The notes beneath the pieces were generated by a model, which was given only the letters and a program-made list of their open reading frames with translations, searched no databases and was not told the origin of the DNA. A DNA stretch of 64,000 nucleotides from an uncultured Gammaproteobacteria bacterium (GTDB lineage: Bacteria; Patescibacteriota; Microgenomatia; Daviesbacterales; UBA10151): assembly GCA_964392925.1 (NCBI GenBank), contig CAYMRP010000004.1, positions 71,184-135,183 on the forward strand, in the 5' to 3' direction. The first letter of the stretch is position 1; each line of letters begins with the position of its first letter. Positions 49,037-58,197 of the stretch are shown here, piece by piece. A program made the translations under genes and the position numbers.

Positions 49037-50599
49037 ATGTATTGGGCAGATAAAGTCGCTAAACAAATTATTGATTCAGGAAAATTTAAGCCATATTTAG
49101 TGGACGATATGTTCACGCCATCCGGTTTTCCTCACATCGGATCCCTTCGCGGTCCTATTGTCCACGATTTAATTTTTAAAGCCCTCAAGAGTCAAAAACA
49201 GGATGTTAAATTTACTTTTGTCATAAACGATTTTGATCCAATCGATGGTTTGCCTCCTTCAATGGAAGAAGAATTTACGAAATATATGGGACTGCCTTTA
49301 AGAAATGCGCCTTCTCCCGTTGAAGGGTTCACTTCATTTGCCGCTTACTTTGCAGATGATTATAAAAAATCTATGAAGTCTCTTGGTGTAGAACCAGAGT
49401 TTTTATCCTCCTGGGATATGTACCACGAAGGTAAATTTGATCCAGCCATAAAACTTGCTTTAGATAATGCCGGTAAAATTCAGGACATTTATGAAGAAGT
49501 TTCCGGTAGTAAAAAAAGACAGGCTGGTTGGTTGCCTCTCCAAGTTATTTGTCAAAACTGCGGCAAAGTCGGAACCACCAGAGTTTTTGATTGGGATGGA
49601 GAAACTGTTGCCTATAAATGTGAACCTGATTTAGTTAAATGGGCTAAAGGCTGCGATAACGAAGGCCGCATCTCTCCATTCGGCGGAAATGGTAAATTAC
49701 CCTGGAAAGTCGATTGGCCATCTCATTGGCTGGTGATTGGTGTAACCATTGAGGGTGCCGGAAAAGATCACTCTTCTGCCGGCGGCTCACGTGATATCGC
49801 CCGAGAACTTTTAAAACAAATCTTCAAAATAGAAGAGCCGTTTAATTTGCCGTATGAATTCTTCTTAATCGGTGGTAAAAAAATGGCCTCCTCAAAAGGC
49901 TTGGGTTTAAAAGCCCGGGATTTAACTGAATTATTACCCTTAGAACTCGGCCGGTTTTTATTTTGTCGGGCCGACTATCGGCAGCAAGTTAATTTCGATC
50001 CTATTAACACCATGGCCATTCCGGATTTATTTGATGAATATGATCGTTGTTTCCAGGCTTTTGTTAGCAGTACAGATCCAGATTTTGCCCGGGCTTTTGA
50101 AATGAGTCATATAGGGGAGCTTCCGGAAAAAGCAAAAATATTTCTGCCCCGTTTTCGGGACGTAGCCAATTTTATTCAACAACCCACAGTCAAATTGGAA
50201 GAAAAATTCGCCGAAATTAAAGGCTCAGACTTAAATCCAATAGAAATAGAAATACTAAATGAAAGAGTTAAATATGCAAAAATCTGGCTGGATAAATTTG
50301 CCCCAGAGGATTTAAAACTTAGCCTCTCGGAAGATACTAAAAATAATTTCCAACTTTCTGCAGAGCAAAAACAATATCTTAAAGAAGTCATCAATTTAAT
50401 TGAAGAAGATTCTGATGCCGAGGAACTTCAAGCTAAACTCTACGAACTAACAAAATCCCAAGGCATAAATGCTAAACTTGGTTTTCAGGCAATCTATCAA
50501 ACATTGATCGGCAAAGATTTTGGTCCTAAAGCCGGAGCATTCATTAGGCAATATGAAAAACAGGAAGTTATTGGTAAAATAAACCAGGTTTTGAATTAA
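49037..50599 (+). CDS. lysK: Class I lysyl-tRNA synthetase
   Basis: Contains MYWADKVAKQI, TPSGFPHIGSLRG (HIGH-type) and KMASSKG (KMSKS-type). Confidence 0.85.
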   Translation: MYWADKVAKQIIDSGKFKPYLVDDMFTPSGFPHIGSLRGPIVHDLIFKALKSQKQDVKFTFVINDFDPIDGLPPSMEEEFTKYMGLPLRNAPSPVEGFTSFAAYFADDYKKSMKSLGVEPEFLSSWDMYHEGKFDPAIKLALDNAGKIQDIYEEVSGSKKRQAGWLPLQVICQNCGKVGTTRVFDWDGETVAYKCEPDLVKWAKGCDNEGRISPFGGNGKLPWKVDWPSHWLVIGVTIEGAGKDHSSAGGSRDIARELLKQIFKIEEPFNLPYEFFLIGGKKMASSKGLGLKARDLTELLPLELGRFLFCRADYRQQVNFDPINTMAIPDLFDEYDRCFQAFVSSTDPDFARAFEMSHIGELPEKAKIFLPRFRDVANFIQQPTVKLEEKFAEIKGSDLNPIEIEILNERVKYAKIWLDKFAPEDLKLSLSEDTKNNFQLSAEQKQYLKEVINLIEEDSDAEELQAKLYELTKSQGINAKLGFQAIYQTLIGKDFGPKAGAFIRQYEKQEVIGKINQVLN

Positions 50600-50600
50600 T

Positions 50601-51833
50601 ATGATCGATATTAAATTAATTAGAGAGCAAACAGATTTAGTTAAAGAAGGAGTTCTTAAAAAGAACTTCGATGTCTCCAAAGTTGATGCAGTTCTTGAGC
50701 TTGATAAAAAAAAGCTTGAAATGCTTCATAAAATAGAAACCCTGCGTCAGGAACGCAATACTTTAAGCCGTGATGCCATAGACAGGGGCAGAGAAATAAA
50801 AGAAGAGCTAAAACAACTTGAGCCGGATCTCGAAGTTGTTGAAAAAGAATTTAAACATTTGCTACATGAAATTCCTAATCTCCCATCTGATGAATCTCCT
50901 GTAGGTAAAGGTGAAGCCGAAAATAAAGAAGTCAGACTGGTTGGTGAAAAACCAAACTTCGACTTTGAAGCCAAAGATCATGTTGAAATTGGAAAAAATC
51001 TTGATATCTTGGACTTTGAAAACGGTGCCAAAGTTGCCGGTTCCGGCTTCTACTATTTGAAAAACGCTGGTGCAATGCTTGAAGTTGCCTTAGTAAATTA
51101 TGGTTTACTCTTTTTGTCTAAGAGGGGTTTCTCTCCAGTCATAACTCCAGACTTAGCCCGCGAAAAATTCTACTTAGGTACTGGCTACAATCCTAAAGGT
51201 GATGAAGCTCAAACATATAAAATTGAAGACTCCGATCTAGGTCTAATAGCCACCTCAGAAGTTACAATCGCTGGGTATCATGCAGATGAAATAATCCAGA
51301 ACTTAGATAACCCCAAGCTGTATGGCGGGTATTCTCATTGTTTCCGGATGGAGTCAGGGGCTTACGGTAAATACTCAAAAGGTCTATATCGGGTTCATCA
51401 GTTCACAAAAGTTGAAATGTTTGCTTACACCAAAAAAGAAGAGTCTAAAAAAATGCACGAAAGATTTCTTGAACTGGAAGAGGAATTCTGGAAGAGTTTG
51501 GGTATTCCTTACCGGGTCCTTGAAATGTGTACTGGAGATCTCGGTTCGCAAGCTGTTCGCAAATTCGATCTGGAAGCCTGGATGCCTGGCCGCGGAGATT
51601 GGGGAGAGGTTACCTCAACCTCAAATACTACCGACTACCAAGCCCGCAACTTAAATATTAAATATAAAGATGGCGGCTCGACCGAATACGCTCATATGTT
51701 AAACGGCACATTAGTCGCCACTTCAAGAGCAATCATTGCCATACTAGAAAATTTCCAGCAGGCTGATGGTTCTGTTAAAGTTCCTGAAGTTCTGGTGCCG
51801 TTTGTTGGAGTCTCCGAAATTAAATCCTCTTAA
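50601..51833 (+). CDS. serS: Seryl-tRNA synthetase
   Basis: Has an N-terminal coiled coil and class II motifs (FRMESGAYG, RVHQF.KVEMF, GTLVATSRAIIAILEN). Confidence 0.92.
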   Translation: MIDIKLIREQTDLVKEGVLKKNFDVSKVDAVLELDKKKLEMLHKIETLRQERNTLSRDAIDRGREIKEELKQLEPDLEVVEKEFKHLLHEIPNLPSDESPVGKGEAENKEVRLVGEKPNFDFEAKDHVEIGKNLDILDFENGAKVAGSGFYYLKNAGAMLEVALVNYGLLFLSKRGFSPVITPDLAREKFYLGTGYNPKGDEAQTYKIEDSDLGLIATSEVTIAGYHADEIIQNLDNPKLYGGYSHCFRMESGAYGKYSKGLYRVHQFTKVEMFAYTKKEESKKMHERFLELEEEFWKSLGIPYRVLEMCTGDLGSQAVRKFDLEAWMPGRGDWGEVTSTSNTTDYQARNLNIKYKDGGSTEYAHMLNGTLVATSRAIIAILENFQQADGSVKVPEVLVPFVGVSEIKSS

Positions 51834-51849
51834 GTCAAAATCCCTTATC

Positions 51850-53358
51850 TTAATTTACCGGTAAGCTTGATGAAGTGCCTGCCGAAGCAGCTGGACTGCC
51901 GCTAGGTGTTGGTGAAGCTTTTTGCTGAGCAGCTCTCATCGCCGGGCTAAGCGATGCTGCTGGACTTGAAGCAGGGTCTGGTGATCCGCCTACTGTAGGT
52001 GCTGGTAATGCAGTGTCTGTTGTTGGTTCCATGACTGGAACTGGAGATGGGGCAACTATTTGTGCCGGAGGATTAGTTAATGGAGCTTGTGTCTGTTGTG
52101 TTTCTTCAACAGGTAAAGAAGTTTCATCTGTAGGTGTTGGATTAGCTTGCCCCACTCCTAATATTAAATAAGCACTTAAAGCTGCAACTATCAGGATAAT
52201 TGGAATACCCGCAACTAAAAGTACTTTTGTTAAATTTAAATGCTTACCAGGAGGTGGAGCATCGCCTTCTGCTGATTGTGGTGTTGCAGAAGCCGGAGCC
52301 ATATTCAAGTTCTGATCAGCTGCAACTGGTGGGGTATAAACTCCATTCGTCTGCGAAGGTGCTGTCTCGTCACCTGCAATTAAATGCGATAAATCAGTTG
52401 GGGCATTCTCAACAGGTCCCATGTCCGGAAGAGGGGAGGCTGTAGGTGCGGCTGCAGCCTGATCAGGTTGTATTGGTGCTTGCATAGCAGCTGGATCTGC
52501 AGGCGGAGTAGTTGTAGCCCCGAGTCCCGATTGAAGTCCTGATAAATCCATCGATCCGGGTTGCGGCTGTGAGGACATAGTTTGATCCTGAATTTGGGCA
52601 GTTTCTTGTGGTGGGTTTCCAGGCTGGACATTTAGATCAATAGTAGGTGTCGCCATTGGGTCAGACATCGAAGCTGCTACTGGCGCTGCGGTTGGCGCTG
52701 AGAACTGTGACTCTGCCGGAGCCGGTTGATCCCAAGGATTAACAGTTGGTGCAGCAGGCTGAGTAGGATCACTAGGTAGCGCCGTAGCTCCTTCAAACGG
52801 ACTCTGCGGAGGAGTCGGAGTGAATGCTGTATTCAAAGGATCAGGTGGAGTAGTTGTCTGAGCACCGTATGGTGCGGCTGGTTGTTCAGGCAAAGGCGTA
52901 GGTGCTGCAGGCTGTTCAAAGGGAGGTGATGTATTAAAAGTCCCTGCTTGAGGCTGTAAAAAAGGATTAGCGGCTGCCGGATTTTCACTTGGCACTGCTG
53001 GTTCTGGAGGTGCCATCGGAGCTGTTGGTACATCTGTCGGAACAGTCGCTTGTGGGGTAGGCGGCCACGCCGCTCCTGAACTTGCGGTCGGTGTACTTGG
53101 CAATGGTGAAGAAAATCCAGGTTCTGGTGCAACAGTTTCAACCGGTACCGGGCTCCAAGGATTAGGAGCAGCTGTTGGGTTTGATTGGGCTGGATCTGAC
53201 ACAGGCATACTGGAAGAAAGGGGAGCTGATGTTGCCGATTGGTCAGGACTGCTGGACCATCCTGGAGTTTGTTGTGGAGGGGTTAATGGATCAACAGGGG
53301 CTGCGCCAAAAGGTAAACTAGGATTGTTATTTGGATTATTAGGGTCATTACTATCCAT
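51850..53358 (-). CDS. 502-aa Pro/Ala/Thr/Gln-rich low-complexity protein with a single TM helix near residue 380
   Basis: One continuous ORF, visibly GC-richer than its flanks. The TM span is VLLVAGIPIILIVAALSAYLILGV, with K/H residues on its N-terminal side. Confidence 0.6.
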   Translation of the reverse strand: MDSNDPNNPNNNPSLPFGAAPVDPLTPPQQTPGWSSSPDQSATSAPLSSSMPVSDPAQSNPTAAPNPWSPVPVETVAPEPGFSSPLPSTPTASSGAAWPPTPQATVPTDVPTAPMAPPEPAVPSENPAAANPFLQPQAGTFNTSPPFEQPAAPTPLPEQPAAPYGAQTTTPPDPLNTAFTPTPPQSPFEGATALPSDPTQPAAPTVNPWDQPAPAESQFSAPTAAPVAASMSDPMATPTIDLNVQPGNPPQETAQIQDQTMSSQPQPGSMDLSGLQSGLGATTTPPADPAAMQAPIQPDQAAAAPTASPLPDMGPVENAPTDLSHLIAGDETAPSQTNGVYTPPVAADQNLNMAPASATPQSAEGDAPPPGKHLNLTKVLLVAGIPIILIVAALSAYLILGVGQANPTPTDETSLPVEETQQTQAPLTNPPAQIVAPSPVPVMEPTTDTALPAPTVGGSPDPASSPAASLSPAMRAAQQKASPTPSGSPAASAGTSSSLPVN

Positions 53359-53490
53359 GGCAGTTACTCTATAAGTTTATGCGAAGATAGCCTTAATAAT
53401 CAAGTAGTCGCATAAATTACGGTAGTGCTTTTTGCTCATTTCAGGTATAATCCCTCACACAGGGGAATTCCCAAAGTAAGAGTCAGTAAT

Positions 53491-56292
53491 ATGCTTAATT
53501 TTTTTTCTTCATTAATCGATGCCAATAAACGGGAAATTAATCGCCTCTCAAAAATCGTTGAAACCATTAATAGTTATGAAGCTAAAATCAAAAAGTTTGA
53601 CGATAAAAAGTTTAAAGAAAAAGCTCTAGATCTACGTAAAAGACATGAAAAAGGTGAAACCTTAGAGTCTCTTTTACCTGAAGCTTTTGCTTTCGCCCGC
53701 GAAGCCGCTAGCCGCAGCCTAGGCATGCGTCACTATGATGTTCAGCTAATGGCAGCCATCGCTTTGCACAGCGGTAAGATCGCCGAACAACGAACCGGTG
53801 AAGGAAAAACTATGTCTGGTGTTCCGGCCATTTTTCTAAATGCTCTTTCCGGTAAAGGTGTCCATGTAGTTACGGTAAATGATTATTTAGCTCGCCGCGA
53901 TGCAGGTTGGAATGGACCTATCTTTCATACTCTAGGTGTTTCAGTCTCAGTTATTATTCATGAAAAGGCTTTTCTTTTTGATCCAAAATATAAAGATCCA
54001 GACACAACAGATAAACGGCTTAAGAATTTAAGACCAGTCACTCGCAAAGAAGCTTATGCTGCTGATATAACTTACGGCACTAATAATGAGTTTGGTTTTG
54101 ATTATCTAAGGGACAACATGGCCAACAGCTTGGATAATATGGTTCAGCGAGGTCACAATTTCGCCATCGTTGATGAAGTAGATTCAATTTTAATTGACGA
54201 GGCCCGTACTCCATTAATTATTTCAGCCCCCGATACTGAGCCCACAGGTAAATATATTGAGTTCACCAAAATCGTCAGTCAGCTTGATGGTAAAACAGAT
54301 TATGTAGTTAACGAAAAAGAACGTGCAGCCCACATGACAGAGGAAGGTATTCTTCATATCGAAAAAATTATGGGTGTCGATAATCTTTATGAAAAAGATT
54401 TTTCTGCTCTTCACCATATAGAAGAAGCCTTAAAAGCCAGAACCCTTTTTCTTAAAGACCGCGACTATGTTGTTAAAGATGGCGAAGTAATTATTGTTGA
54501 TGAATTCACTGGCCGTTTAATGCCGGGCCGCCGTTACTCCGGAGGTCTACATCAATCAATCGAAGCCAAAGAAGGCGTTAAAATCCAACAAGAGTCAAAA
54601 ACTTTAGCCACAATTTCTTTCCAGAATTACTTCAGAATGTATAAAAAGCTTTCTGGTATGACTGGAACTGCAGCCACCGAAGCAGAAGAATTCTTTAAAA
54701 TCTATAAGCTGGAAGTAGTTATTATCCCAACTCATCAACCTATGATCAGAAAAGATAATCCTGATGCTATCTTTAAAACCCAAACCGGTAAATTGATGGC
54801 CGTCGCCTCAGAAGTTGAAAAAATTCATGCATCTGGCCAGCCTGTTTTAGTAGGTACAACTTCGATTGATAAAAACGAATTCTTATCTGAACTCTTAAAG
54901 AAAAAGCGGATCTCCCACGCACTTTTAAATGCTAAAAACCACGAACGCGAGGCCGAAATTATTGCTGATGCCGGTCAAAAAGGTTCAGTAACTGTAGCCA
55001 CTAACTTAGCCGGTCGTGGTGTCGATATTAAGCTTGGTAAAAATGTTGAAAAATTAGGCGGACTTTATGTTATCGGTACCGAACGTCACGAATCAAGGAG
55101 AATCGATAATCAATTAAGAGGCCGCTCAGGTCGTCAGGGTGACCCGGGTGCTTCCAAATTCTTTGTTTCTCTTGAAGATGATTTAATGAGAATCTTTGGC
55201 GGCGAGCAAGTCGCAAGAGTCATGGGCTTTTTAAAAATGCCGGAAGATACTCCTATCGAAAACGGTATGGTTTCCAAAGCAATTGAAGGCGCACAGAAAA
55301 AAGTTGAAGGTCATAATTTTGATATCCGTAAACATACAGTTGAATACGACGACGTTATGAATCAGCAGCGCCAGATTATTTATGGTGTCAGAAGGAATGT
55401 CCTGGATGTCTTAGCTGGAAAATCCAAAGATGGTAAATCTCTTAAGGATGAAATCATCGAAAAAATCGGCATTGAAGTCGAAGCCATCATTGATGACTAT
55501 GCGATTGAAGGGGAGATAGAATATGAAAAAATTATCGAAGATTTCTCAACCATAATTAATTTTGATCAAGCCAGCCGTAAACAGCTATTAGGCCAAATCT
55601 CAGATATCAAAGATGAAGCTAAATTAAAAGAATTTTTAGTCCGTCTCGCCGAAGATCTCTACGGTGAAAAAGAAAAAACCGTCGGTGCCGATCTGATGCG
55701 CCAAATGGAAAGCTTTGTTTACTTAAACACAATTGATACTTTTTGGATGGAACATCTCGATACAATGGATGATCTTCGCTCAGGTATCGGATTGCGCGGA
55801 TATGCCCAAAGAGATCCTCTAATCGAATATAAAAAAGAAGGCTTTGAGTTATTCGAAAAAATGATTGCTGAAATTGATTCAGAAATTGCCAGACGTATCT
55901 ATAAAGTCTCAATGCATAATCATGGGCCAGTCCAGGTTGTTTCTCCAATCGATATGTCAAAAGCCGTCGCAACCCACGATGAGGCGCTCGATGAAAAAAC
56001 CTTACTTGAAGAAGTCGGCCAGCTTATGCCGTCAGTTCCTGAAGTTCGCCACAGCGGAACCAAAATCAAAGTTGAAGGCTCAAGTAATGATGAGGCATAC
56101 TCTCAGACTCCGACTGTAGTCGAAGAACCAGTTGCTGCCGGCACCCGAGTTACTGTTGAAAGAGCCGGTCAGGTTGTCTCACAAGATGTCTATAACGATA
56201 CAGGTTCGCTCCAAAGGAAAAAGCCTGGCAGAAATGACCCCTGCCACTGCGGTTCAGGCAAAAAATATAAAAAATGCCATTATCCTAATTAG
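53491..56292 (+). CDS. secA: Preprotein translocase ATPase SecA
   Basis: Contains MRHYDVQL, GEGKT, DEVDSILIDEARTPLIIS and the C-terminal zinc motif CHCGSGKKYKKCH. The start is set at the ATG at 53491 (MLNFFSSL). Confidence 0.93.
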   Translation: MLNFFSSLIDANKREINRLSKIVETINSYEAKIKKFDDKKFKEKALDLRKRHEKGETLESLLPEAFAFAREAASRSLGMRHYDVQLMAAIALHSGKIAEQRTGEGKTMSGVPAIFLNALSGKGVHVVTVNDYLARRDAGWNGPIFHTLGVSVSVIIHEKAFLFDPKYKDPDTTDKRLKNLRPVTRKEAYAADITYGTNNEFGFDYLRDNMANSLDNMVQRGHNFAIVDEVDSILIDEARTPLIISAPDTEPTGKYIEFTKIVSQLDGKTDYVVNEKERAAHMTEEGILHIEKIMGVDNLYEKDFSALHHIEEALKARTLFLKDRDYVVKDGEVIIVDEFTGRLMPGRRYSGGLHQSIEAKEGVKIQQESKTLATISFQNYFRMYKKLSGMTGTAATEAEEFFKIYKLEVVIIPTHQPMIRKDNPDAIFKTQTGKLMAVASEVEKIHASGQPVLVGTTSIDKNEFLSELLKKKRISHALLNAKNHEREAEIIADAGQKGSVTVATNLAGRGVDIKLGKNVEKLGGLYVIGTERHESRRIDNQLRGRSGRQGDPGASKFFVSLEDDLMRIFGGEQVARVMGFLKMPEDTPIENGMVSKAIEGAQKKVEGHNFDIRKHTVEYDDVMNQQRQIIYGVRRNVLDVLAGKSKDGKSLKDEIIEKIGIEVEAIIDDYAIEGEIEYEKIIEDFSTIINFDQASRKQLLGQISDIKDEAKLKEFLVRLAEDLYGEKEKTVGADLMRQMESFVYLNTIDTFWMEHLDTMDDLRSGIGLRGYAQRDPLIEYKKEGFELFEKMIAEIDSEIARRIYKVSMHNHGPVQVVSPIDMSKAVATHDEALDEKTLLEEVGQLMPSVPEVRHSGTKIKVEGSSNDEAYSQTPTVVEEPVAAGTRVTVERAGQVVSQDVYNDTGSLQRKKPGRNDPCHCGSGKKYKKCHYPN

Positions 56293-56300
56293 GTTTTTCT

Positions 56301-56723
56301 ATGATAAAAACAGCCAGCGAAATAGTTGACCAACTTAGAACCGAAGGTCACCGTATCACCCCGATTAGAAATCGGATTCTCGATATTCTCTCCAAGAGCA
56401 CAGAGCCTATTTCGGCATTAGATTTAATAGCAGACTTTAAATCCTCAAATCTTAACGTTAACAAAACCACCATCTACCGGGAAATAGAATTTTTATTAGG
56501 CAAAAATCTTATTAATGAAGTTGAATTTGGAGATGGCAAAAAAAGATACGAGATGGATAATGGGCATCACCATCACTTAGTTTGCTTAAAGTGTGGCAAA
56601 GTTGAAGATGTTAGTTTGGAGACGGATTTATCATCGGAAGAAAAAAAGATAGAAAAAGAAACAGGTTTTAAAGTTGAATCTCATTCATTAGAATTTTTTG
56701 GAATTTGTAAAACCTGCCAATAG
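56301..56723 (+). CDS. Fur-family metalloregulator (Fur/Zur/PerR not distinguishable)
   Basis: Has a winged helix, HHHHLVCLKCGKV and a C-terminal CKTC. Confidence 0.8.
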   Translation: MIKTASEIVDQLRTEGHRITPIRNRILDILSKSTEPISALDLIADFKSSNLNVNKTTIYREIEFLLGKNLINEVEFGDGKKRYEMDNGHHHHLVCLKCGKVEDVSLETDLSSEEKKIEKETGFKVESHSLEFFGICKTCQ

Positions 56724-56743
56724 AACTTTACTAAAGGTAAGTT
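56724..56743. promoter_or_regulatory. Imperfect 20-bp palindrome (AACTTtaCTAAAGgtAAGTT) between the Fur-family gene and the flavin operon
   Basis: 7 of 10 positions are self-complementary. It does not resemble the 7-1-7 Fur/Zur/PerR boxes. Confidence 0.2.
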
Positions 56744-56808
56744 GTTTACTAACAGCGATTTTCGTGCTAACTTAATCAAGTCAAATTCAAAACGAAAGGG
56801 GGTGTTTT

Positions 56809-57291
56809 ATGGAAGAACAAGTAAATACACAAGGCAGTTTGCCGAAGTTTGTAATGCCCACTGTTGTTGCAGCTCTAATAGTGTTCGCAGTTATCGGTTA
56901 TTATTTTTATAATTCCGGCTCAAATAACTCGTCTCAGCCAGCATCCACTATGGAAGGCCAAGGTTCTCCTGCAGCGGTTTCAGAAAGTAATTCGAATTAT
57001 AAAAATGGTACTTACACCATTAACGGGGAATACGTTAGCCCAGGAGGGCCCAGAGAAATTGGGGTAACTTTAACTTTGACTGATGGTTTAGTAACCGCAG
57101 CAGAGAGTCAGGTGCTCGCCGAGGATGCCACCTCTAAAAGATTCCAAACCGAGTTCGTTGAAGGTTTTAAACCAATGGTTATTGGTAAAAGTCTAAACGA
57201 AGTCGTTCTATCAAAAGTTTCGGGCTCATCTTTAACTCCTAAAGGATTTAATGATGCTGTCGAAAAGATTAAAGTTGAGGCTCAGTCTTAA
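56809..57291 (+). CDS. Membrane-anchored extracytoplasmic FMN-binding-domain protein (predicted ApbE substrate)
   Basis: Contains YKNGTYTINGEY...GVTLTLTDGLVT...SKVSGSSLTPKGFNDAVEKI. This parallels the FMN_bind layout, including the D/S-x-x-SGA[TS] flavinylation motif position. Confidence 0.65.
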   Translation: MEEQVNTQGSLPKFVMPTVVAALIVFAVIGYYFYNSGSNNSSQPASTMEGQGSPAAVSESNSNYKNGTYTINGEYVSPGGPREIGVTLTLTDGLVTAAESQVLAEDATSKRFQTEFVEGFKPMVIGKSLNEVVLSKVSGSSLTPKGFNDAVEKIKVEAQS

Positions 57292-58170
57292 ATGATTTGG
57301 GATCAAAAGTTTAATTTTGAAGAAATAGGAACCTCATGGACTATTGAATATTCAGGAGTCTCAAAACTTTCACCTGAATTACTTATAGAAAAGATCCGCG
57401 CAGAAATTAATAAATTCTCGCGGGTTTTTTCTAGGTTTGACAAAAATTCAGCGGTTTTTAAATCAAGTAAAACCGCATCTGAGATTATTATTCCGGAAGC
57501 TTATTTACCGCTTCTAGCTATCTATAAATCTTTATATAAATTAACTGACGGTTTATTCACTCCTCTTGTTGGAAATTTACTTTCTGAATCAGGCTACGAC
57601 GAAGATTATTCTCTGGTTCAAAAAAAATTAAATCCTGTTCCGCAGTGGGACCAAGTTATTGAGATTTCCGGAGAAACAATTAAATTTAAAAAGCCCTGGC
57701 TTCTAGATTTTGGCGCGGCCGGCAAAGGATTTATTGTTGATCTGATAGGGGAGTTGCTGGAAGATCAAAATATTAAGTCCTATTGTATAGATGCCGGCGG
57801 AGACATTCGCTATAAATCTGATAACAATGAAAAACTAAAAATCGGCCTTGAGCACCCCGATAATTTAGATCAGGTTCTTGGAGTTGCAGATCTAGAAACA
57901 GGTAGTATTTGCGGCTCATCTGGAAATCGCCGCAAATGGGCAAATCTTCACCATATTTTCAACCCTAAAAAACTTGATTCTGTTAGAGAAGTCCTGGCAG
58001 TTTGGGTAATTTCAGATACTACTTTAATAGCAGATGCTCTCTCGACAGCTTTATTCTTTGTAAACCCGGAAAAGCTTTTAGGAGATTTTAAGTTTCAATT
58101 TCTAATAATTTACCCGGATTTCACTTTTAAAAAATCCCCAAACTTCCCCGGTGAAGTATATGTGGCATGA
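57292..58170 (+). CDS. apbE: FAD:protein FMN transferase (ApbE family)
   Basis: Contains GT.W.I, FGAAGKGFIVD and CIDAGGDIRY. The ATG abuts the upstream TAA. Confidence 0.8.
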   Translation: MIWDQKFNFEEIGTSWTIEYSGVSKLSPELLIEKIRAEINKFSRVFSRFDKNSAVFKSSKTASEIIIPEAYLPLLAIYKSLYKLTDGLFTPLVGNLLSESGYDEDYSLVQKKLNPVPQWDQVIEISGETIKFKKPWLLDFGAAGKGFIVDLIGELLEDQNIKSYCIDAGGDIRYKSDNNEKLKIGLEHPDNLDQVLGVADLETGSICGSSGNRRKWANLHHIFNPKKLDSVREVLAVWVISDTTLIADALSTALFFVNPEKLLGDFKFQFLIIYPDFTFKKSPNFPGEVYVA

Positions 58171-58197
58171 GATGTCCAAGTCGGGTAAACTAGAATA

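Noticed and set aside
52200-53141. Alternative-frame ORFs (52200-52445 +, 52380-52631 -, 52833-53141 -) within the proline-rich gene
   Set aside because: The GC-rich, low-complexity composition suppresses stop codons in several frames. Only the 502-aa frame is continuous end to end and contains a TM helix.
56724-56743. Fur/Zur/PerR box upstream of the flavin operon
   Set aside because: The only palindrome (AACTTTACTAAAGGTAAGTT) is imperfect and unlike the 7-1-7 Fur-family consensus. It is listed as a low-confidence feature only.
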